Shown: positions 1 to 8,720 of the stretch, piece after piece
Numbering within the stretch: position 1 is the first letter of the stretch
Layout: every line of letters starts with the position of its first letter
Assembly: GCA_012862495.1 (NCBI GenBank)
Contig: BLSG01000058.1
Span: 204,700 to 224,699 of the forward strand
DNA length: 20,000 nt
From: Thraustochytrium aureum
Taxonomy: Eukaryota
Reading direction: 5' to 3'
Program-made: the position numbers and the translations under genes
Notes under the pieces: model-generated
The model's database searches: none
Told to the model about the DNA's origin: nothing
The model's input: the letters and a program-made list of their open reading frames with translations, nothing else

Positions 1-1
1 T

Positions 2-301
2 AGCGATGCGCTTCCACACGTGTTGGACATCCTCACAGACTCGTTCGACATGAACTTGCTCCAGCTTCGGCGTCCAGAGCAAACCCCGGACCTCGCCCAG
101 CACGGCGCAGTGGCCGTCTCGTCGGCAGCCACGCTGGCCGCGCATGCGGGCGCCGCTGCGTCTAGTGCTTCAGCGCTCCACGCCGGGCAGCTCTCAGAGC
201 TCTATCGGCGGATCCATGGCCGCAGCCACGGCCATCAGGTGAACGGCGTTGTCGGCATGGATTCCGTTGATCCTGCTCTTCTTTGTGTACACGTTGCAGA
301 T

Positions 302-334
<33 letters not shown>

Positions 335-914
335 GCAACTGCAGCAACATCAGCAACTGCAGCTTCAGCATCACTTGCAGCAGCAGCTGCAGCTGCAGCT
401 GCAGCAGCAACTGCAGCAACAACAGCAAAAGGCTCTTCTCGAGCAGCGCCTGCTTCAAAACCGACAATACCAAGTGCCTGGCCATCTTCAAGCCCCCGCG
501 ATGGTCGGGCAACCCTTGCCGCGCGGTCTAAGCGGCCAGATGAGGCCCGACGAACGGAACGCGTGGTACAGCAACATGCTTGGGGCGAGTCCAGCGTTGG
601 GACCATCTCTGGTTTCCGTAAAGGGCCTGGCGGACGCAGCAAGCATGCCCATCACCGATGCGGCAGTGTCGAGTCTCCTGCCACAGCAGCCACAGTCGGC
701 CGGCATGATGCGCCTTTCGATGGGTGCGTCAACACAGCCGCTCAACAGAGTTGCGCAAAAGCGAAGCCTCGATGCTTTCAACGCCCACTTCGGCAAGCCA
801 GAGGTGTTCTTGCGGTCATCTGTGGACCCCGCCGGCTCGTTTGCGGCATCGCTTGCTCGTGCGAATCAGGAACAATTGTCGCCTGAACGCCAATCCAAGC
901 GACGCGCCGCTTGA
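2..914 (+). CDS. Polyglutamine/low-complexity protein, 3' part, probably nuclear; join(<2..238,300..914)
   Basis: Frame is open from the left edge (SDALPHVLDILTDSFDMNLLQL...HGHQ). A 61-nt phase-0 intron 239-299 (GTGAAC...TTGCAG, pyrimidine tract) joins it in frame to MQQQQ... The protein ends RQSKRRAA* (NLS-like). Confidence 0.75.
239..299 (+). other. Spliceosomal intron (61 nt)
   Basis: CAG|GTGAAC donor, CTCTTCTTT tract and TTGCAG| acceptor. Removal fuses two ORFs in frame. Confidence 0.75.
303..426 (+). repeat. Imperfect (CAG/CAA)n coding repeat (polyQ with interspersed L/H)
   Basis: Directly visible CAG-rich tract. Confidence 0.95.
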
Positions 915-1166
915 CTAGTGTCCGCCAGCTCCATGGAGCGCGGACGTGTCCTCGCTTACAGGCACACAAACTCCCAACTTAGGCTAATAACGGCGCGTTG
1001 CGCCATCAAACTCTGACTCTGGAAACGCACAAAACAATTTTACGACAACGAAAACAACGAAAGCAGAGTCCCCAAGCACACCATCGCTGCGCGCTGCGCG
1101 CTGCACTGCGCTGTTTTGCGCTGGGCCGAGCTGTGGAACCACAGCAGCCGAGCGGCACGCGCTCGG

Positions 1167-1863
1167 TCACGACGAACTCAAGTCGCAGAATCCGCCGCTC
1201 GATGGCGTGCGTTCCAGTAAAAGTCTCTGACAGCGTGCTTCCGCGTCCGGAGTCAAACTTGTTGGACAGGTCTCCGCAAGCATCCTCTCTCTGCAGTCCT
1301 GCACGAGCCCAGAGAGGACCATGGCGCGAAGGGCTGTTTCCTGTCTGGCGATGAGCGACTCTGCAGCCTCAAACTCGCGCTTGAGCCTTCTCTTAAGTCG
1401 GCCGACTATACGCTCCTCTGCCCTGCCCGGGTTTTGCGCCGCTGCCAGCGCGTCACGCTCGAGTTTGCGCGCTTGCCGTTGAGCGAACTCCCTCGCGCTA
1501 GACGCAGTCGCTGACCGAACGCGCGCAGCCCGCTCCCTTGCCTTGTCGCGGTCTCGCTCGAGCGCCGTCCGCGCCGCCAAAGCGCCGCGCTTGCCCGAGC
1601 CTCCGCCTTCGGTCCTCAGGGCCACGCTCTCGCCATCGAAGGACGAATTGCTTGACACTGACTTGATCCGTCTGCTGTGCAACTCGCTGCCCTTGTAATA
1701 CCGTCCATCCTTTACGCTGTAGAAATCGCCTCCCTCTGCGCCTCTTGCTAGCACGAGCGTGTGTGGCCTTGCCGATGCCGGAGCTTCGCCTGGTGAGGCC
1801 GCGCCAGCGGCACCGTTTGGTCTGAAATCCGTGCTCCGTCGAGGGTGGGCCCTGCTCTTGTCG
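1167..1863 (-). CDS. Hypothetical protein with R/E/A-rich predicted coiled coil, 5' part lost in gap
   Basis: Frame is open from the gap edge at 1863 to the stop at 1167-1169. Charged helical segment (ALERDRDKARERAARVR...LKRRLKREFEAAESLIARQE). No family recognised. Confidence 0.6.
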
Positions 1864-2468
1864 NNNNNNNNNNNNNNNNNNNNNNNNNNNNNNNNNNNNN
1901 NNNNNNNNNNNNNNNNNNNNNNNNNNNNNNNNNNNNNNNNNNNNNNNNNNNNNNNNNNNNNNNNNNNNNNNNNNNNNNNNNNNNNNNNNNNNNNNNNNNN
2001 NNNNNNNNNNNNNNNNNNNNNNNNNNNNNNNNNNNNNNNNNNNNNNNNNNNNNNNNNNNNNNNNNNNNNNNNNNNNNNNNNNNNNNNNNNNNNNNNNNNN
2101 NNNNNNNNNNNNNNNNNNNNNNNNNNNNNNNNNNNNNNNNNNNNNNNNNNNNNNNNNNNNNNNNNNNNNNNNNNNNNNNNNNNNNNNNNNNNNNNNNNNN
2201 NNNNNNNNNNNNNNNNNNNNNNNNNNNNNNNNNNNNNNNNNNNNNNNNNNNNNNNNNNNNNNNNNNNNNNNNNNNNNNNNNNNNNNNNNNNNNNNNNNNN
2301 NNNNNNNNNNNNNNNNNNNNNNNNNNNNNNNNNNNNNNNNNNNNNNNNNNNNNNNNNNNNNNNNNNNNNNNNNNNNNNNNNNNNNNNNNNNNNNNNNNNN
2401 NNNNNNNNNNNNNNNNNNNNNNNNNNNNNNNNNNNNNTGGTGGATGAAACTTCAGAGTTTGGTTTGGG

Positions 2469-4888
2469 CTATTCGAGGTCGTCGAAATCCTCCTCGTTCT
2501 CGACGAGGACGGGCGCGGCAACGGCTGCACGGGGTTGCTCCGCCTTGGACTCCAACAAAAACTCTGCTGCAACAGACGGCGAGACATCGCTGGTGACGGA
2601 CTCGGTGCTATCGATGAGGGTCAACGAACCCTCGACAAGTCTTGCCCAAAACGGCCTTGGCGCCGACACCTTCAGAGTGCGAAGATACGCATTGAAAGCC
2701 TCTGCTGTGTCATGTCGAAGCGAACCCGCTCGTAGAGCCTGCAGGCAATCGAAGGCCTTTTGGGATAGCGCGCCACCTGCGGCGTCGCTTGCGAGGAGGA
2801 GATCGATTTGGGACACCATGCCCTGAAACGCGGCATCCGTCATGTCCTTGTCTGTTCGCGCGCTCATCGCTTCATAGTCGCTGACTGGGTTCACAGAGCC
2901 AACGGCGTCGATGAGGTGGCCCGAACCAAACCACGCAGCGCCTGCCTTGGAGTCGCCGACACTCGGCTTGGCGCCAACCAGCCCGACTGCCAAAGGCTCG
3001 TCCCGCGCACGCTTGGCTTGCGGCTCGCTGCCGTTTGCACCGAGCTCGGGGTCGCTTCCTGCGCCCGGAGCTGTGCTGCGCCCCCACAGATCGCCGCTGC
3101 CTGCCTTGCGCTTGTCGCCGGCCGAGGCAACTTTCGTGACGCAAAAGCTTGCGCTGAGCGCCGCGCTTGCGGGTCGCGCGCGCTCCAAGACAGCAGGGTC
3201 GGGCTTGTAGAGGCGCTCAATCTCCGGCGTGTCGTCCGGCATGGGGCAGTTTGGGTCACGCGCCCGCGCCTCGAGCAGGCGATACAAGCGCTCCAGGTGT
3301 GGGTTGAGCGTTTCTTCGCAGATAAACTGCTCGCGCTGCTCTCGCGGCACGAGCGAGGGTCCGCCTTCGCGCTTGACACTGCCGTCGCCGATAAACATCG
3401 CCTCGACCCACGCGTCCATCGCTTCCTGCTGCGGAGCTGTCGGGCGATACTTGCGCAAGTTGATTCGATCCAGGTTGTAATCGCGCATGTCTTGCAAGAA
3501 AGGTAGCTCGCGAGAAAACAAGCACTCGACGCGGTCGTCGGCTGAGATCCAGGGCAGTAGCGCCACCATGGTAACACGCGCGTTCTCGCGCGGGATATAC
3601 CGGCATACGAGCGCAATATCTTTCTCGACCATGGCCCGGATCAGGGCGCTCAACCCGAGCCGAGACCGTCGCAGGCCTGGGACAGCCTGGAACACCTCTA
3701 CCTTGCCCATGTTGTAAAACGGCGGCACGTGCGAGCTCGGGCAAAACCCAAAAGCATCAAGTCGCTTGGCCCCCGTCTTGTACGTGCGCATGATCTCGTC
3801 GGCGTCGTTGAAGGGAATCGCCTGCCGCCCGAACCGGAACCCACTGACAACCTGGTCCATGTCGACCTCTCTGTCAGGGTCGTCGGGCTGCCGGTACACA
3901 ACCTTGCGCTCCACGGCGGCAGCCTTGACGTCGCCCCGGGAATCCGGAGACTTGTCCAGCACGATCTTCGAGGCCTTTTTCAGAGAGGGGGGCTTTTCCG
4001 AGGCTGTTTTGGTAAACCCTTGAACGTGAACGAGGCCCGCCTCGGCAAGCATCAGCTCTGCCTTAAAGTAAGCAATCTGGCCGCGGACACCAACGTGTGC
4101 CGCCATGAGTTCCCGAAGGGCCTCGGTGTCCGAAATAACTCGCACGCGGTTCTTGGCCAGTCGGTCCCCGAGCTCGCGCAGCTTGTTGACATTTGCGCTC
4201 GCGTTCGATTCGTCCGTGTCGATCAGAACGATATCATACGCAAACTGTGGGTCTAGGTTGCCCTCTGCTGCAGCCTCTTCCAGGGATTCGATGGAGCAGC
4301 CGAGGCCGTTGGTGATCACTACGATACGGCGGTCGTACTTTTTTGCCTTCACCTCGCCGCGGATCTCCGCCTCGCTGACCTTGATCGCCGCTCCGACGTC
4401 GCTTGAGGGCTGCGAGCTCGCGCTTTGGAAGACCGGGGTTGTGTCGACCGCTTGGAGCGTGCCGACGTCGCACGGTCCAACGCTGCAGGCCGTCACGACA
4501 TTCTCGCACGAACCGTGCTGGTCAAACTCTGCGTTGGTGGTCTCGTCCGAGCCAAAGGCGACCAGCTGAACCAGGTCCTTCTTTTTGCCCTCGCGCATCT
4601 GCGGCCAGTGGTCTCATTAGCGATCGCTGAGCCAGGCGAGGAGCCCGCACAGCGGGGAAAGGCCCGCGCGCTGCGCCGGCGACGCCCTGAACGGAAGGCC
4701 GGCGCCCCAGGCCGGCCACCCCGACCGCCACCCGCCAAAAACTCACCACGTTGGCTAGATACCCGCTCACTAGCTCCCTCCCGCGCTCCAGCGCGCTGCT
4801 CCCGGGGCCCTGCGCCCCGCAACAGGCGTTGTCATCGCCGAGCCGACGTCCAGCACCAGGCCGATCGCCTGCCGACGGCCGCGCCCAT
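2469..4888 (-). CDS. KU80: Ku80 (XRCC5), NHEJ DNA end-binding subunit; two exons, two apparent -1 frame breaks in exon 1
   Basis: vWA start RQAIGLVLDVGSAM / SALERGRELVSGYLANV, intron 4599-4746, then KKDLVQLVAFGSDET. Ku core (GFRFGRQAIPF, LSALIRAM...ALVCRY, ELPFLQDMRDY, NPHLERLY), C-terminal helical domain (VGSVNPVSDY, KAFDCLQALR, FWARL..LTLI) and acidic tail EEDFDDLE. Confidence 0.95.
4599..4746 (-). other. Spliceosomal intron (148 nt) in Ku80
   Basis: GTGAGT donor, CTAAT branch-like site (4616-4620) and CGCAG acceptor. The splice gives YLANV|MREGKKKDLV, collinear with the Ku80 vWA domain. Confidence 0.9.
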
Positions 4889-5177
4889 CCTCTGCGAAAT
4901 GCGCTTGCCAGCCCGCGGACTATTGCCAGTGACACCTCCTGCCGCCGCGGCTCAGCTCTGCACCGCGGGCCCTCGCGAGCTGCCGCGTCCCGGCTCTCCC
5001 TTGCTTGCCTGCGCGCTCCGCGTTGAGGTTCTGTTCTGCTGCGCGCCGTGGAGCAGTGGACTTACTAGTAGAGTAGAGTACTAGTAGATGTATCTTTCCT
5101 CCTCGTCGCTGCGCTTTCGAGGTGATGATGACCCCCCGAGTCGGAGGAGGCAATGCTCATCACATCATCTCTAGCCT

Positions 5178-5178
5178 A

Positions 5179-5215
<37 letters not shown>

Positions 5216-5217
5216 AG
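5178..5217. repeat. (GC)n(GA)n microsatellite
   Basis: gcgcgcgcgcgcgc followed by a GA dinucleotide run. Confidence 0.95.
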
Positions 5218-5590
5218 CCACCGGTCACGTTGGCCGTCGCCAGGATCGAGTGCAGAGGCTCGTCCATGAACGAGGCCCACGCCGAGGCGTGCCGTCGACG
5301 AACAATACCCGCCGCATGCCAGGCAAGTACGTTCTTCCTCAGCCACATGAGGCGCTGCGTGCGTTCACGCGGTCTTACCGACTTGCAGGCATGGCCAGAC
5401 CTTGACGGGCCCCGACAAGTCCGCGAGAAGCAAGGTTTGGCGATCACCTTTGCTGCTTATCGCGTGAGGTGATGCCCTGAGCAGCTGACCCGAGGCAACG
5501 CGCCCGCCCCGCCCTCACCCATCCAGACCGTGCGAAAAGGACGACAGTTCTTTCAGATAGCGCTAGTGGAGAGACTCGGAGAGAGGGTTC

Positions 5591-6853
5591 TCAAGGTATT
5601 CTCGGGGTGGGCGACTTGTCCAAGTTTGTGCACGAGTAGTGCCGAATGTACAAGTCCTCACTTGACACCTTAGCATGAGTGCGGGGCACCTTCTTCGACA
5701 TCTGGTGCACCATGAGGCCGACTGGGTTTAATTCAGTGCGCACAAACAGCTTGCGGTGTCCCTCTGCCCCCCAGTTGTCTTTNNNNNNNNNNNNNNNNNN
5801 NNNNNNNNNNNNNNNNNNNNNNNNNNNNNNNNNNNNNNNNNNNNNNNNNNNNNNNNNNNNNNNNNNNNNNNNNNNNNNNNNNNNNNNNNNNNNNNNNNNN
5901 NNNNNNNNNNNNNNNNNNNNNNNNNNNNNNNNNNNNNNNNNNNNNNNNNNNNNNNNNNNNNNNNNNNNNNNNNNNGGTTGCGGAGATCTAACACCCGCAG
6001 CGAGCCTTCAATGATGTACTTGTCCAGCAACCATGGGTTTTGCATCGCCGAAAGGCCCACATCGTAAATGTAAACAGTCTCAAACCCCTGCGATCGGTAG
6101 TACTCGACTTGGGCCGCGATAACCTTTGCATCGATGTCGCCAAACAGCGCGCGCCCACAAACCGCGAACGAAGGCCTCGCCCGTCCCGAGTAGCGGCGGG
6201 CCCCACCAGCCGGCTCGATTTGGATCAGGTTTTGCGCAAGAGGGAGCCAGTTCAGGATCCAGCTCGGCACAGAGGCAATTCCGCCTTCGTTTCCACCTTG
6301 AAAAGGTTCCGTTTGAGTCGGCCAGTTAACATGGAATGTCACGCGCTCGCGAGCTGGAACAGGCGAGTCCAGAATACATTGCACGTAAACAGTTTCTTGC
6401 GAGTGCCTGAAGAACTTCCTCCGGCTCTCTCGTCGGCATACGTTGCGAAATAAATTTTTGTAGATCTCCAGCTGCTTGCGTTCCAAGTTGCGCCCAGTCA
6501 CGCCTGCAAAGCTCCAATTCATCTCGCCCAGAGTGCACTGCGTTCTGTTTGCTTCTAGGCACACTCGGCACATTTTGCCTGGAGCCTTCTGCAAAAGCTT
6601 TCGCGTTTTGAATGCGACAAACGTTTCATTGGGGGCAGTTCTTTCCATCATTTCGAGAACGCTGAGGGTTGAGGGCCCGAACGTACCCTCCACTGCTTTG
6701 CCCTCGTCCACGAGGAAGAAGGGCTCGGCGTTCCTGTCGAGCTGATAAATCTCTTGCGCAATGCGAATTGCACTCTTGCTGCCGCTAAGGACTGGGCCTT
6801 GCGGAGATGCTTCGAGTACGTCGTTTCGCCTCGCGTCCGGGTCGGCCATGCTC
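5591..6853 (-). CDS. Glycosyltransferase family 92 (DUF23-like) protein, partial, interrupted by gaps
   Basis: FAVCGRALFG...VEYYRSQGFETVYIYD...LLDKYIIEGSLRVLDL matches the GT92 N-terminal pattern. Beyond the 5783-5975 gap I read RKLFVRTELNPVGLMVHQ...LYIRHY, the K...vH...iHY C-terminal pattern, with a stop at 5591-5593. The DxDE motif would fall in the gap. Confidence 0.8.
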
Positions 6854-8720
6854 NNNNNNNNNNNNNNNNNNNNNNNNNNNNNNNNNNNNNNNNNNNNNNN
6901 NNNNNNNNNNNNNNNNNNNNNNNNNNNNNNNNNNNNNNNNNNNNNNNNNNNNNNNNNNNNNNNNNNNNNNNNNNNNNNNNNNNNNNNNNNNNNNNNNNNN
7001 NNNNNNNNNNNNNNNNNNNNNNNNNNNNNNNNNNNNNNNNNNNNNNNNNNNNNNNNNNNNNNNNNNNNNNNNNNNNNNNNNNNNNNNNNNNNNNNNNNNN
7101 NNNNNNNNNNNNNNNNNNNNNNNNNNNNNNNNNNNNNNNNNNNNNNNNNNNNNNNNNNNNNNNNNNNNNNNNNNNNNNNNNNNNNNNNNNNNNNNNNNNN
7201 NNNNNNNNNNNNNNNNNNNNNNNNNNNNNNNNNNNNNNNNNNNNNNNNNNNNNNNNNNNNNNNNNNNNNNNNNNNNNNNNNNNNNNNNNNNNNNNNNNNN
7301 NNNNNNNNNNNNNNNNNNNNNNNNNNNNNNNNNNNNNNNNNNNNNNNNNNNNNNNNNNNNNNNNNNNNNNNNNNNNNNNNNNNNNNNNNNNNNNNNNNNN
7401 NNNNNNNNNNNNNNNNNNNNNNNNNNNNNNNNNNNNNNNNNNNNNNNNNNNNNNNNNNNNNNNNNNNNNNNNNNNNNNNNNNNNNNNNNNNNNNNNNNNN
7501 NNNNNNNNNNNNNNNNNNNNNNNNNNNNNNNNNNNNNNNNNNNNNNNNNNNNNNNNNNNNNNNNNNNNNNNNNNNNNNNNNNNNNNNNNNNNNNNNNNNN
7601 NNNNNNNNNNNNNNNNNNNNNNNNNNNNNNNNNNNNNNNNNNNNNNNNNNNNNNNNNNNNNNNNNNNNNNNNNNNNNNNNNNNNNNNNNNNNNNNNNNNN
7701 NNNNNNNNNNNNNNNNNNNNNNNNNNNNNNNNNNNNNNNNNNNNNNNNNNNNNNNNNNNNNNNNNTGATTGAAACCACCAGCGAGCAGTTCAGCCTGCGC
7801 CACGAGCCAATCCCACCGTCCGGTGTCGCCTGAAGCGCGCTAGCCTTCCCGGCGCCTGACTCCCGCTTGCTGGTGCGAAGCGGGATTGCCAGCCCAGGCC
7901 GCTCGCCGCATTCAAACCTGGCGGCGGTTGTAACCACCGGTCGCTCGGATCTGACGGAGCAGAGGGTAACTCGCGGCCTGGCAGGGTCTTGCCTCGGCGA
8001 GAAAACTATGTTCGTTCGACGAGCAACAGCTACCTACGGTACGAGAGATTTCCCACTCGCCTCCGAACGCGAGCCGGAAAGCTCAGAGTTCCGAACAAGA
8101 ATTCAGCGGACCCCAAAGAGCTGCAAGAAGCGGAGTGGAGATCCGAAGGTTAGCTTTGGGTTCACCAGATCAGATTGAGATTGCAGGAAGCGAGCTCGCT
8201 TGGGTCGGGCTGGCGAACTATCCGGTTCGCGATGGCGGCTTTTCAGGCCCGTAAAATGCGTTGCACCAGTGCCTTGGCTCATCACGCCCACCAGAACAGA
8301 ACGTCCATGTAAGGCGGCACCACGCCAATCGCTGGTGCAGGAATATATTTATAATTAATTTTGCGTCGTGCTCAAGGCGTCGCCGGCCAAGTCGCTCGTA
8401 TCCTTCAGCATCCGGTGAAAACGATGCGCCGCAGCTTTCCAGCGGGCACCTCCAACGCACCAATACAATCCCCCGCTCCTGGCGAGGCACTTCTTCACAC
8501 GTTCGAGGTGCAAATGCTGTGCTGCGCCGCTGGAGGTCTCACGTGTCAACGTATCTGGGCTGGCGTCGCGAGACAAATATGCGATGGTCTGTTGGCACGG
8601 GAGATTTCCGATCGTGACATTCTCAAGTGACATTTTCAATTGATTCTCAAGACAGGCAAAACCATGAGGAACATCACGTGGTCCGATACGGTGGTGGGAT
8701 CTACGTCAGCGAGCACACTC

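Noticed and set aside
20..886. 288-aa poly-Ala ORF and antisense poly-Leu/poly-Ala ORFs
   Set aside because: These are alternative readings of the CAG tract. The 239-299 intron switches the real frame to polyQ.
1748..2826. Long ORFs spanning N-gaps (also 6648-7937 and 17899-18986)
   Set aside because: Their length comes from Ns translated as X and is not evidence of coding.
7766..8700. Short ORFs between the GT92 and TF-FABP genes
   Set aside because: No recognisable motifs and mutually overlapping frames, so I treated the region as intergenic/UTR.
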